This document shows, one piece after another, positions 11,979 through 24,998 of a stretch of 64,000 nucleotides of DNA. The notes beneath the pieces were generated by a model. The model did not search any database. It was not told the DNA's origin and was given only the letters and a program-made list of their open reading frames with translations. Made by a program: the position numbers and the translations under genes. The stretch's first letter is position 1. Each line of letters begins with the position of its first letter. The DNA comes from Lama guanicoe. Lineage: Eukaryota. Where the stretch lies: positions 62,001 through 126,000 of the forward strand of contig MU053493.1 of the NCBI GenBank assembly GCA_013239625.1, written 5' to 3'.

Positions 11979-13267
11979 TGAGTAGGGAAAACTCCAGGTC
12001 ACTAACTTTTGTGTTTCTCCTTTAGCTTCACTCAATTACCACATTCATATAAAATACTTCTGACACTTTCGTCACCAAATGCAGGGGGGAGGGAGTTCTC
12101 TACACCAAGCAATTATCCATGACACCAGCTGGTTGTCTTACAATTTAACTCAGTTCTAACACTATCTATGTGTATACAGCATCAGATACCACAGGTCAAG
12201 GGCATATTCCCACAAGACTGCTCCCACCCCACCTCAGATGTCAAATGCAAGTAGTTAAGTCCCCAGGTTACCCACAACTTCTGTGGAGGAAAATGTCGCC
12301 TGCCATATCTGTAAACAAAGGAAGCTGAGGCCATCAAACTATCAGCCGCTGCAGCTGCCCCCAGCTATGCACCCTGAGGGGATTCAGGATGGAGAACAGC
12401 AATATACTGGCCCTACATAGAGAAGGTGCATATCAAAGGAATCATTTCAGTAAGCCCAGATTCTTACATCTTCCCATACAAAGAAAAGTGGTAAATTCAT
12501 TAACTTGAGATGTCTGTTTTTTATCTTTTGATGTTCTCACTACCTTTTTTTCTTTGGGTTTTTTTTTTTTTGCAAAAACTCTTTATATCCTGGCTCCTCC
12601 CTTACCTCTGAAAAACAGAGCTGTCTGATAGCCTGCCTTCTGGACTTATGGTCTCAGAAAATCCACCAAATAAAACAGAATTCTCAACTTTTATGTGTGC
12701 ATTTTTTTTTCAGTCGACACTGCTGTCTAGTTTGGCTGCAAATTGGAGGTTTCTATGCCCTCCTCCCACTTTGGGTTCATTTTTACTTACATTTCCAGTT
12801 TATTAAAGGATATGGCAGAGAATACAGATGAACAGCCTGATGAAGAGATACTTACGGTGAGGTCTAGGAGGGTCCAAAGTGCAGGAACTTTTGTCCCATG
12901 AAGCTGGGGTGCATTACCCTCCCAGTGAGTAGATATGTTCACCAACCCAGAAGCTCTCTGAATCCCATACTTTGGGGATTTTTTAATGGAGGCCTCCTCA
13001 CGTAGGCATGATCAATAATTAACTCTATTTCCAGCCCTTCTCCCCTCTCTAGAGAAGTGAGGGGCAGGGCTGAAAAATTCCAAGCTTCTAAGCAAAGGTT
13101 GGTGTTTCTGGTCACCAGGAGCAATCCAGAATCCTACCCAGAGTTGCCTCATTAAAACAAAAGATGCTTCTAGTGTTCTTACCACCGAGAACATTAAGAA
13201 GGTTTTAGGAACTCTGCCAGGAACTGGGAGCAGAGCAGAGACCAATGTATATTTTTATTATCTCACA
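11979..13267. mobile_element. MER21-like LTR interrupted by the LTR at 12282-12719
   Basis: Recalled MER21-type motifs (gacaccagctgg...caatttaactcagttctaacactatct). Homologous in reverse orientation to 14287-15090. Confidence 0.55.
12282..12719 (+). mobile_element. Solo LTR, same family as 568-1005
   Basis: TGTGG...GTCGACA ends, AATAAA near the 3' end, and near-4-bp flanks cttc/ctgc. Confidence 0.7.
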
Positions 13268-13331
13268 ACAGCCTTGCACATATCTTTACATACTAACTAT
13301 GGCTACAACTGCACAGTTGAGTAGTTGGAAT

Positions 13332-13845
13332 TGATGAGATTCAGGGCATACTACCCCAAAATATGGCACCTTGGCATATTGAATATTTTAAGGTGAAGGA
13401 GATTGAGAAAATGGCACAAACCGGAAGGTCACTTTGATCTTCTCCCAACCCTTCTCTTCTGAAATAAGTCATACAGGCCTCAGGTCAGAGGTGCCCTCCC
13501 TATATCCAGAGGGCGGGACCATCCTTATTTCCAAAGACAAAAGGATGCCAAGAAGAATCAGAATAGGTTTTGATAAACTTCCCGCAGTTTACTACATGAA
13601 CCCCTTCCTCTCTGACCTATCATATTCCTACACAACTGCCTATTCTTCATCAAACCTATCATAAAAATACTCAAGGTCTGTTCTGATGGGTCACATAAAA
13701 CTCACATTACGTGAAATTTGAGTTTCACATGAAGGCTCCCATGTCACAGGAAACTCACATTAAAATAAATTTGCATGCCTTTGCCAGTTTAATTTTCCGA
13801 CCCAGCCAGGGGGAGGATTGAGGAATGCTTTTTCCTCCACTAAAC
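13332..13845 (+). mobile_element. MER34/MER39-like LTR
   Basis: Starts TGATGAGATTCAGGGCATACTACCCCAAAATATGGCACCTTGGC, a recalled MER34-group 5' end. Confidence 0.55.
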
Positions 13846-13892
13846 AGCAGAAACCATTTGGTCCTCAAAGCCAAACATATTTACTATTGGGC

Positions 13893-14165
13893 TGTGATGG
13901 TAATTTCATGTGTCAAATTGACTAGGTCACAGTACTTAGATATTTGGTCAAATACCACTGGTATGTTGCTGTGAAAATATTCTTTAAGTGGGATTAACAC
14001 TTAAATCAGTAGATTTAGAATAAAAAGCAGGTCACCTGCCATAATATAGCAGACTGCCTTTGGATTCAAGTTGTAACAGTAACACTTCCCTGTGTCTCCA
14101 ACCTGCTAGCTTAACCTGCAGGTTTTGGATTTGCCAGCCTCCACAATCACATGGTCAATTTCTAA
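13893..14165 (+). mobile_element. MLT2 (ERV-L) LTR fragment
   Basis: TGTGATGGTAATTTCATGTGTCAAATTGACTAGG start, similar to the LTR at 41226. Confidence 0.6.
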
Positions 14166-14286
14166 AACTAAAAAAAACTGTAATAGTTAAAACATGCCAC
14201 CAGGGCTTCCTGACAGCTCACAAGATATGGCGCTCCAGCCCTGAAGGTGAGACTCTTACTGCTGGGGAACTGGATATCAGTTATAT

Positions 14287-15090
14287 TGTGACTTATAATA
14301 AATACACATTTGGTCTTCATCCCCCTTTCTGGAACAGAGCTCCTAAAACCCTTAGAATGTTCTGTGCTGAGATAGAAAAATGTATCTTTTGTTATGTTAA
14401 TAAGGTGACTTTGGAAGTCAGGGAAGGATGAGGGCTGATTTGGTTGACAGGATAACCGAGTGATAAGAGGGCTGAAACTTTCAGTCCCATCCCCCAGACC
14501 TCTGAGGAGGGCGGAATGGTTGAAAATGGAATCAATCTCCAGTGGCCAAAGATTTAATCAATAATGCCCATATAATGAAACCTCCATAAAAACCATGAAG
14601 CCTCCATAAAAACCCCAAAGGACTTCGGGGCTGGTGAACCAGAACACTACCACATGCCACTGTGTTGGGCTCAGACTCCACAGGGATAGGAGTTCCTTTG
14701 TTTGGGTCTTTGCTCTAGATATCTGTTCACATCACCATTGATTCTTAAACTTTAACATCCCTCGTAATAAACTGGTAATCTCATGAGTAAACTGGTTTTC
14801 TAAGTCCTGTGAGCCACTCTAGCAAATTAATTGAACCCAAGAGGGAATCAGAGGAATGTCTGATTTAGAGTCAGTTGGTCAGAAGCACCAGTGACAACCT
14901 GAACTTGCAATTGGCATCTGAAGGGGGAGAGGGCATTTTTTGTGGGACTGAGCCCTTAACCCATGGAGTCTGAGCTGTCTGAGTAGATAGTGTCAGAACT
15001 GAATTGATTTGCAGGACACCTAGCTGGTGTCAGAGCATTGGTTGCCAGTGTGAGGGAAAACTTCCCACATGTTAGAACTGGGTGCAGGAA
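14287..15090. mobile_element. MER21-like LTR, opposite orientation to 11979-13267
   Basis: agagctcctaaaacccttagaa...agatagtgtcagaactgaattg...gacacctagctggtgtc mirrors motifs of the 12-13 kb element. Confidence 0.5.
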
Positions 15091-15961
15091 ACTTAATACC
15101 TGAAGTCCAGCCAGGCCTCAAGCACCACTCTTATCCAGCTCCTGTAACATAGCCAGCTCCAGAAACCCACTGGATAGGAGGGGAAGCTGAAGGGGTGGGG
15201 AATCAAGGAAACTAATTAACTTGTGGGCCTCCCTTCAAGTACTCCAAACATGTCTTCTTGCCTGAGCTTCTTTATCCTCTAGCAGAGTGACAAGGAAATT
15301 GAGGAACAGATAATTTAAAGACTTGCCCAAAGTCCAAGACCTTTTCAAAATTATCAAAAGGCTAAGAAAATCACAAGGAGAAGCCAATAAATCAGCAAGA
15401 TCTAGATGCAGACTGTGCTACAGTTGTGGAAGATGCTACAGATGCTGAAGAACTTACTAAAGAATGTGAAGAAATATGGAATGATCTGGAAGAATGTCAG
15501 AGTAAATCATCGCTTGTTGGAACTGAGACATTCACTGACTCAAATGCTCAGTTATTATTAGTTATGCCAGTGAAATGTTTGACTATTGGAGTTAGTCAAT
15601 GGCAGAAAGAAACTCCTGAATTAATTCCACTGACTGAAGATGTCCTGGTAACTGTAGAAAAAGAAGAGTTCCAAAAACTGAGACATGATCTTGAATGGTA
15701 CTGTCTACTATTCAAGAAATGAAAAGTTAAAGGAGGACTTAGACATGTAACAACAATGGTTGGAGGAAAAACAAGAAATACTGAAATCTCTTAATGTACT
15801 ATACAAACATCATGAAATGACTTCTTTTTAAATTGAGAACCTTTAATAAACCGAAAACAAAAATGCTAAATAAGAAGGAATATAAGAATAAATGCTTAAT
15901 TAACTTGGGTAATTCCTAGAAGACCATTTTCCTGTACCTGATAGAAATTTGAAAAGGAATA

Positions 15962-17655
15962 ACATTGTATATTCTTGCCTTTTTATTGTAGATTAATTGA
16001 TTATGACTGTGTAGGTTTATTTTGGGCTCTCCATTCTGTTCTATTGATCTATGGTTTTGTTTCAGTACCATACTGTTTTGATTACTGTAGCTTGATAGTA
16101 CAGTCTGACATCAGGAAGTGTGATTCCTCCAGCTTTGTTCTTTCTCAAGATAGTTTTGGCTATGTGGGATCTTTTGTGTTTCCATACAAATTTCTAACTT
16201 ATTGGTTCTATTTCTGAGATTGTACCTTTCCAAGAATTTATCCATTTCTTCTAGGTTGCCCATTTTAGTGGCATAAGTGGTTCTGGGAAAACTGGACAAC
16301 TATGTGTAAAAGAATTAAATTAGAACATTCTCTAACACCATATACAAAAATAAACTCAAAATGGATACACAAAAACAAACTCAAAATGGATTAAAGACCT
16401 AAATTAAGACATAAATGTAAGACAGAATATTATAAAACTCCTAGACGAAAACATAGGCAGAACACTGTGACACAATTTATACCAATATATTTTTATTTGT
16501 CTCCAAAAGTAAAAGAAATAAAAGCAAAATAAATAAATAGGACCTAACTAAACTTAAAAGTTATTACACAGTAAAGGAAACCATCAACAAAAAGACAATA
16601 TACTGAATGGGAGAAAATATTTGCAAAGGATATGGCCAATAAGGGATTAATATCCAACATATATAAATGGCTTATACAATTCAACATCAAAAAAAAACTT
16701 GATTAAAATGTAAAGAATTGAATAAACCTTTTTCCAAAGGGGGGAAATGCAGGTGGCCAAGAGACACATGAAAAGATGCTCAACATTGCTACATCATAAG
16801 GGAAATGCAAATCAAAACCAGTTAAGATATCACCTCCCACCTACCAGAATGGATATCATCAAACACACACACACACACACACACACAAATAACAAATGTT
16901 GGCAAGTATGTGGAGAAAAGGGAACCCTCCTACACTGTTGGTGGGAATGTAAATTGGTGCAGTACAGAGGTTCCTCAAAAAAACTAAGGATAGAACAACT
17001 GTATGACCCAGCAATTTCACTGTGCGTGTATATCCAAAAAACCCAAAAACACTAATTTAAAAAGATACACGTGCCCCAATGTTCATAGCATTACTTACAA
17101 TAGCCAAGATGTGGATGCAAACTAAGTGTCCATCAACAGATGAACTGATAAAGAAGATATGGTGTATAGATATATATACACATATATGTACATATAGATA
17201 TATACACGTATATATAGAATAGTACTCAGTCACAAAAATAATGAAATTTTGCCATTTGCAGCAACATGGATGGATTTAGAGGACATTATGCTAAGTGAAG
17301 CAAGTCAGGGAAAGACAAATACAGTATGCTATCACTTGCATGGAGGAATCTAAAAAATACAACAAACGTGAATATAACAAAAAAGAAGCAGACTTACAAA
17401 CAGAGAACAAACTAATGGTTACGATTGGGGAGAAGGAAGGGGGAGCAATATGGGGTAGGAGATTAAGAGGTAAAAACTATTAAATATAAAATAAGCTACA
17501 AGGACATATTATACAATACAGAAATACAGTCAATATTTTATAATAATGATAAATGGAGTATAACCTTTAAACATTGTGAATTACTAAGTTGTACACTTAT
17601 AAAATATTGTACAGCAACTATACTTCAATTAAAAATGAATTAAAAAACAAAAATA
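15962..17655 (+). mobile_element. 5'-truncated, 5'-inverted L1 inside the CENPK pseudogene
   Basis: 15962-16275 is antisense ORF2; 16275-17655 is sense ORF2 C-terminus, 3' UTR and A-rich tail. Confidence 0.85.
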
Positions 17656-17897
17656 AAAGTATGGAGAAAAAGAAAAATACTAAAAAATCAATTGTATAAC
17701 TGATAGCACTACACGAAATTTTAGAGATTCATATAAGTAGGTTATATGATGTCCTACATGATCCGTATGTCAAAATTAGTGATTACTTTTGATCACCTTA
17801 TAAAGAGCTGCTGTTACTTAATGGAATTGCCTTGAAATATCCAGAAGATCCAACTCAAATAAGTTTAGAATTCTTCAAAATGGATGGTCTTTTTGCA

Positions 17898-18021
17898 GGA
17901 GAGGGTATAGCTCAAGTGGTAGAGTGCATGCCTCGCATGCATGAGGTCCTGGGCTCAATCCCCAGTACTTCCCTAAAGAATAAGTAAATCTAATTATCTA
18001 CCCCCAACTAGAGAAAAAAAA
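17898..18021 (+). mobile_element. tRNA-derived SINE (Vic-1-like, camelid)
   Basis: GGAGAGGGTATAGCTCAAGTGGTAGAG (A box) ... GGGCTCAATCCC (B box-like), A tail, and TSD GGATGGTCTTTTT on both sides. Confidence 0.8.
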
Positions 18022-19093
18022 GGATGGTCTTTTTTCCCTACACAGTACTCAAAGAATCCTGTTTGTTAGTCAAGGATCATGGAAATGCTGAGGACTACTT
18101 AAAAGAAGAACAGAAAATCAAAGCACATAGTCCATCTTCCTTTTATTCTTAAAAAGGACATATGCTGCAATCTTACTCATTTTAAAATGGTTCTCTCATT
18201 CAAATCAGTGCCACAGTGTTTTAAACTATATGAACAAGAATGCAAGTAAAAAAAATTATAGACTTAATCATTACAAAACTTTTAACGTACCTTCATGCAA
18301 TAGCCCTTAAAAATATTCTTCATTAATTTATGATATTGGTACTGCAATATTTTCCATTCACATTTATGACTATTATATGTATTTTGGGTTCTATTTGGTG
18401 CTTAATTCATTTATTTAGAAATTATAATGGACAGGCCATTTTATTTGAAGATGGTTCTAAAACTGAAGTAGCATCTGATATAGAAGACAGCAAAATTTTA
18501 AACTGTTTAGCAAATCCATTTTATGTATACTGTCTTATTTTTATATTTGTTAAAAATGGAATATAAATAAATTTATATTAACTAAAATTAGCATGAAAAC
18601 TATTTGAATAAAGTTAACATGAAAACTATTTAATGTATATTATATACCAAGTGATATTATATATTAAACTACTATTGATTCTGTTAATTATTAACAAAAA
18701 ATTATGTTCATAAAATTGTATTGATCCTCTATGACTTTTATGCAAATAAAATTCTTTAATTTAAAAACAAAAGCAGCACAGAGGAAGCAAAACTAATGGT
18801 GTAGTTCCTGGTAATCAAAGCCCATGCAATTTTAATTAAAATAAATTAATAAAAGTAAATTTAAAAATTAACTTGTAGCAATGTACTTTCAGTTACAAAA
18901 CAACTTTTTAAAATTTGTTCAAACTCAGTTTCAATCATGTACAGATAGAACAGGAAATAGATTCATAGATTTCTGGAGACAATGACCATCTTCTATGAAT
19001 TTAAACTAAGGACATAGGCACAATAAAATAAAATTGTCTATCTATGCATAAATATCTATTCCTCTGTTAAATAAAATAGTTGGCCATTCCACC

Positions 19094-19670
19094 ATGGAAA
19101 CTTGAAAAACCAATAAATCACCAGTTCAACATTTACATAGAAACCTGCTTACTTGGAGCCCAACCACAGTGAAAGTCCAATTTTAAAGTAGATGGAAACT
19201 TTAAAAGAAAAAACCAATAAATCACCTGTTTAATATTTACATAGAAACCTACTTACTTGGAGCCCCAACTACAGTGAAAGTTCAATTTTAAAGTAGATGG
19301 AAACTTTAAAAGAAAAAACCAATAAATCACCTGTTTAATATTTACATAGAAACCTACTTACTTGGAGCCCCAACTACAGTGAAAGTTCAATTTTAAAGTA
19401 GATGGAAACTTTAAAACGACCAATAAATCACCTGATTAATATTTACATAGAAACCTACTTACTTGGAGCCCCAACTACAGTGAAAGTTCAATTTTAAAGT
19501 AGATGGAAACTTTAAAACAACCAATAAATCACCTGTGTAATATTTACATAGAAACCTACTTACTTGGAGCCCCAACTACAGTGAAAGTTCAATTTTAAAG
19601 TAGATGGAAACTTTAAAACAACCAATAAATCACCTGTGTAATATTTACATAGAAACCTACCTACTCAGAG
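19094..19670. repeat. Tandem array of ~5.5 copies of a 101-105 bp AT-rich unit
   Basis: CAATAAATCA recurs at 19111, 19215, 19320, 19421, 19522 and 19623; the units are nearly identical. Confidence 0.95.
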
Positions 19671-19965
19671 CCCCTGAGATTGTCAGCCCATTACCTTCTT
19701 TCTGGAGCATAGCCTCCGGGTTAAAACTATTGTAAAGACAATGTCAGGGAGAAGTTTGGGGGTTATTTAGCCCAAAAGCAGTAAGGGAGAGAAAGCACAC
19801 TGCAGAATTTCTTAGAAAGAATCACCAGTTTTACCACTAGAGAAGTTAGTTCGTTTCCCACTTTTTCAAACGTTCAATTTTAAAGTAGGTTTTGGATTTT
19901 CTTTTTTAGGCAAACTTGTCATCTCCTTCACTCAATATTACTTGAAAAAAATACAATTTTTCTGC

Positions 19966-21198
19966 TGTTGCAGAGACTGGTGCTGACAGAAAAATCACCA
20001 CATGGACCCTGACCTCACGCCCACTATCCAACAAGAAATGTTGGACCCAACTTGGAAGACAAATGCCTACCTGCCTTTCATAGGAAACTGTGTGGCAGCC
20101 CCACAGAGGCTGGACTCAGTCCAGGGTCGAAGGCTGCGTAGGCCATTCAGCACTCAGGCAGACAGGCTGCAGGGAGGGAGGTTCAAGGTCCCTGAGGCCC
20201 TGGGTGCCTACAAGTATTCCTCATCCACTTGGATTAAGCCCCTATCACTTTCCAGGAGCATGTTTGCATTTTCTGTGACATTTTTAAGTCTGATATTAAA
20301 TCTGTGATGACTGCATTGTGCCCCTCTGGTCTGGAAAAGAATGGGAGGGAAGGGGGACAGGTGAGAGGAAAGGGGGAAGAGAGGACAAGAGAGATGACAA
20401 CACTGGGAAAGAGAGTTGTCAACATGGAAGTGTTAGAGCAGGCAGATTGCTAGATATGAGCAGAGAGCCGATGCAGGCCAAATGGCAGGAACTGGGCAGA
20501 AAGGAGGGGCACAGGGCCAAATGCAGGAAACTCTACATTGTGTAAACAACAGGGGTCCCTGGGCACAGAAAGAAAACCAAGAATCTCTGAGATGATAAGA
20601 GATCACCCATTTTGACAAGTGGGGGGTGACAAAAAAGGTGGGAAAAGGCAGGAATCTCCAGCGTCTGAATGTAACCTTTTGCTCATTATGCCCTCATTAC
20701 AATAAAATTAGCCTTGCAGATTAGAAGTACCCATCGTGCACCAATGCCATGACACTTCTAATTCACATTAAATAAGAACAAAAATCCCTCCAGGTGGAGT
20801 TGGGATGAAAATCTGAGAATATGACCCCAAACCAGTCCCTCCCCAATGAATATTCTGTCCATTCATTTTTACACTCTGTGTAACCAACTTGCCAAGAAAA
20901 CATCAGGGCAGCTGCTCACCTGAGCCTGCCTGCTCTGCCCTTGTGAGCATACTGTCTATCTCTTAATAAATCCTCAGCTAGAGTGCAGGCTTAGCATTCA
21001 TGAGGTCCTGGGTTCAATACCCAGTACCTCCTCCAAAAATAAATAAACCTGTTACCTTCCCCCGGCCAAAATAAAAGTTAAATAATATAGTTAAAAAAGA
21101 CACCAAAAATAAATAGATCTTCACTTTACTTTCTTGATCTTCATGCCTCATCTCTGAATTCTTTCTGCTAAGAGACAAGAACCTAGTCGCTGGCAACA
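19966..21198 (+). mobile_element. Probable solo LTR with a nested SINE fragment (~20975-21100)
   Basis: TGTTGC...GCAACA termini, AATAAA at ~20965, and an ERV1-like U5 end (gaattctttctgctaagagacaagaacc). The 5' boundary is uncertain and no clear TSD was found. Confidence 0.5.
20975..21100 (+). mobile_element. 5'-truncated Vic-1-like SINE
   Basis: agagtgcaggcttagcattcatgaggtcctgggttcaataccccagtacctc matches the 17898 copy. Confidence 0.75.
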
Positions 21199-22486
21199 TC
21201 AGGTGCTGATACAAACAGGGAATGGAAGGCAAGAAAACAAATCTGTGGGACTGAATTGGAATTGAACACATTATAAATAGTAGAAAAAAATCCACACATG
21301 CAATTTTATACATCCATATACAGTTACATACAAGTAAATATAGTTATATATACACATAGTTATAGTTTTATACATACTATGTCTATATATCTGAAAGGAT
21401 CTAAAAGCAGTAATAAATTAGTAGCACTGACACTGGTTTCTAAATATCTTTCTCCATTATAAGAAATGAGTCAGGGGCGAGATGGCACGGTAGGTGGAGA
21501 AACGTCCTTTCTTAACAACAGATTGTCAACTACGAAATACTGGAGGAAAGATGTAGTTATAAGGCATCATTCTGGACCAGGATAGTACACAATTGTGTCA
21601 TACTAACCAAAAAGACATCACTGTATTTAATACAGTCTTGAGGATGTTTCAGACAGACCTACAAAGAGGGCATTGTATACAGTAAGTAGCATGTATGCTT
21701 CAAAAATAATAACCACATGAAAAGCAAAGAAGAATAAGGAACCATTCCAGATTAAAGACTACTTTAAAAAGGCATAGCAGCTTGCTAGGGTCTATAGTCC
21801 TGAACTAGGAACTAAACTTAAACAGAAAACAAATGCTATAAAGAAAATTATTGGGACAGCTGGAGAAATTCAAATATAGACTATAGATTAGAAGAACTAC
21901 ATAAAGGTTAAATTTCCTGAATTCATAGCTGTACTGTGGTTATCTAAATGCATATTCCTGTTCCTAGAAAATACATGTGTAGCATGGTGTCTGCAACCTT
22001 CTCTCTAATTGGTCAGAACAAAAAAGTTTACACATAGTGGGAAAGGGGGACATGACAAAAACAAAACTATTTAAAATTAGTGAGTCTGGGTAATGGGTAA
22101 ATTAGAGTTCTTTTTAATATTATTATAATTTCTATAATTTTAAGTTAGTTTCAAAATAAAAGTTAATTAAAAATAGCATGTTTAAAATACGTAATTAAAC
22201 CTAATTACCTCCCCTACCAAAAAAAGGGGGGGTCTTAAAAATTTGGTGAGCAAATGACAAAGTACAATTTTTTTAAAGTTTATATTATTGATAGCAAGAG
22301 CACTGAATGCATCAGACAAAACAGGAAACAAAACCACCACCAAGAGCAACAACAACAAAATGTTTAAGATTAAAATTAAAGCCTACTTGATTTAGGTTTT
22401 ATATAAATTTCAAAGTCAATGAGCAAGCTGACTTACAAATAAATGTATCTAACAAAAAAATAGCATGGTTACAGTACACCCATTTA

Positions 22487-22515
22487 TTTAGTACATGTGC
22501 TGCCAAAGTGAATAC
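22487..22515 (-). pseudogene. U6 snRNA 5' fragment retrocopy (tailless)
   Basis: Minus strand GTATTCACTTTGGCAGCACATGTACTAAA matches U6 GTGCTCGCTTCGGCAGCACATATACTAAA at 24/29 by eye. TSD ACACCCATTT(A/G)TTTA at 22476 and 22517. Confidence 0.75.
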
Positions 22516-24998
22516 GACACCCATTTGTTTAAAAAATTTTAAGTACACAGAATATGTATTTAGTTACATATGTATTAAAGTTTTTTTATTGTGTAAAAAA
22601 TTATTTTATGATGGGAAAACGTTGGATTCTGAAACAAGCACAGACATTTAGCTTTATATTTTTGGTTTTCTCATAGAACACAGCTACCTAATTCTTTCAG
22701 TAGCTACTTTATATTCCATGGCAAGGATATTCCAATAATTCAGCCAGTTCTTGATGTTTACTATATTTATGAATATTTAAGTGGTTCCTTATCTAATTAT
22801 ATTTATGTATTTGAATAGTTAGTATGTTTACATAGTTAAAAATATCAAATGCACAAAATGACATACAGTGAAAAGTCTGCTTTCAACCCCTGATGACCAT
22901 ATATCCCTATTTTTCTGGTAAAGACAGAGTTCACAATGATTGTCTTGGAATGATTACAAATAGCCCCTGCTTTCTCTCAGAATTACGCTAGGTTGAATGA
23001 TACACTCTACTTAGATCCCTGTTCCCTTACCATGTTGCCACCCTAAGACTTACAGAAGCACCTGTATTATCAGTGTCTGTGTACACTCCTGGAGGAATTT
23101 GATGTATATATAAGTTTAAATAAATTGTTTTAATTTTTAAACAAATGGATATATCCATGCTATTATTTAACTTTCATTTGAAACAATCCTGCAAATAGAA
23201 ACTGCAAGAATATTAAAAACAATTCTCATTTACTCTTTACCTAGATTCACTAATTTTAAGTATTTTGCATCATTTGGTATATCATGGTCCAAGGCACCAG
23301 TTTCACCTGGATTAGTTTCCAGCCCTCATCCTCTGTCAACCCTCCTAAATTATTTGGGAAAATTAGTAAGCAAAGGAAGACTCCAGGAGGACGATATTGA
23401 AAACTTCATAGGGTACCTCTGCAGAAATGGTGGCACAGGAAAGGGGGTGTGGAGGCAGCGGAGTGTGCAGGTGCATAAATTTGAGAATCAAAGGATCATA
23501 AAATCTGCAGGCATATAGTTGCTTTTCCTATGATTTACATAAAACACCTGAAGCCTCCTTTTTCCCAGGAGCCCTTTATAAACGAATAACTAACACATGT
23601 ACCATATGCTTGGTGGCATATGCGAATAGGAAAAAAAAGGCTGAAATTTTAGCTTTTCCTGCATTAATCTTAAATAATGTCAGCATAAGCCTTCATACAC
23701 AATTCTCTTTAGGTCAACAAAGAAAATAATCATATGAATTTTGCCCTTATTGTGTTCACAGTCTAATAAAGAGATAGAAGGAACTAACATAATTTGTATT
23801 TAAGTAGCTAGAAAATCCCCACAGCCAATCCATAGGCCCCAATTCCTCAATCTCCACCAAAACCTCCTGCTAGACATGTAGGTATTTACTAACAATTGTC
23901 ATTTGTCAGTTTTCCCATTGCTAACTGCAAGAGTCTGGACTACTCTCTTACATTTAAGTGTCAGGGTCTAAGTATACACATACTTAGACGTTCAAGGCAG
24001 CAGTGTTGGTGAAAACTGCAGGCTACACATGACCCAAACCGTCAGGTACAGAAGGGGCACATCCACTGTGGGATGTAGATATAATGCTGTCATTCATACA
24101 TGCATCTAACATTACTATATATACACAAATAATGTATATATATTTTTATATATATACAAATACAGTGGTATTAGATATAGATATGGTGGTGATATAGGTG
24201 GATAATGATAGAATACCATCTGGAGATGAAAATGAACAACTGTAGCTACATATAAATGGATAAATACTAAAAACATAATATTAAGTGAAAAGAGACAAAA
24301 CATACATAGTTAAGAACAGGCAAAACTAAATAAACTGTATTCCTATAGCTTAAATATGTAATCACAAGGGATACATTTGTAAGGAGCAGCATAGAGGATT
24401 CATCTTTGTCAGAAGAGGAGGCCCAGATCAGGGAGAGATACCCCGTAGTCTGGGGAGAGACACAGACCTTCTACTTCTTCATTTGAATATGTGCCTGAAT
24501 AGGGCTTTTAACCACTTTGTATGACATTTTTATCATCCATAAAATGGAATATTCCATGCAAAACAAGGACAACAGTGGCCAATACAAAATGAATACTCAA
24601 CAGATGCAGGCTGATACTGGTTGCATTCACATATCCTCTGTTATACTCAAGCCCCGACAATCCTAGGTTCTGCTCAAAAATGCAACAGTTTTAACGGGCC
24701 AAGGAGGAATACTGTGAGTTGGTATGGACTGCTGTGCCCAACTTCTTTTCAGCCTTGGTTACCTGACCGGAAAATGGAAGCAAGTTCTGAGTCTCAGTTC
24801 TGACACAATCACATGCACAGGGCTGAGTATACAGATCATTTACCAGGTCCTAGGCTACTCACTTCCCTTGGAATTCAGCTCACCTCTTTGGCTGGAGCCC
24901 TTTAACCACAGGCTGACTTGGAAAAACTGACCCTGCATGTTGCCTGGATTTACCGTCAAACCTCATGCTTTCAGATTCTGCATCATTGTTGCTCTTAC

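Larger units (their letters stand above)
15340..18770 (+). pseudogene. CENPK: CENPK processed pseudogene. 5' CDS ~15387-15960, 3' CDS ~17660-17877, probable 3' UTR to ~18770. Interrupted by an L1 and a SINE.
   Basis: Translations (I)NQQDLD...EELTKECEEIWNDLEECQSKSSLVGTETFTDSNAQ...TPELIPLTEDVLVTVEKEEFQKLRHDLE, LEDHFPVPDR and DVLHDPYVKISDYF*SPYKELLLLNGIALKYPEDPTQISLEF match recalled CENP-K. It is intronless, ATG is mutated to ATA at 15387, there is a frameshift near 15695, and in-frame stops are present. Confidence 0.9.

Noticed and set aside
15426..15722. Functional CENPK retrogene
   Set aside because: Start codon lost, frameshift, stops and L1 interruption.
17898..17975. tRNA-like sequence
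   Set aside because: Has a SINE body, A tail, TSD and a second copy at ~20975, so it is a SINE rather than a tRNA gene.
19094..19670. CRISPR-like array or SNORD cluster
   Set aside because: Whole units repeat with no unique spacers in a mammalian context. There is no C box (RTGATGA)/D box pairing, and the SNORD116/115 arrays lie downstream of SNRPN, outside this window.
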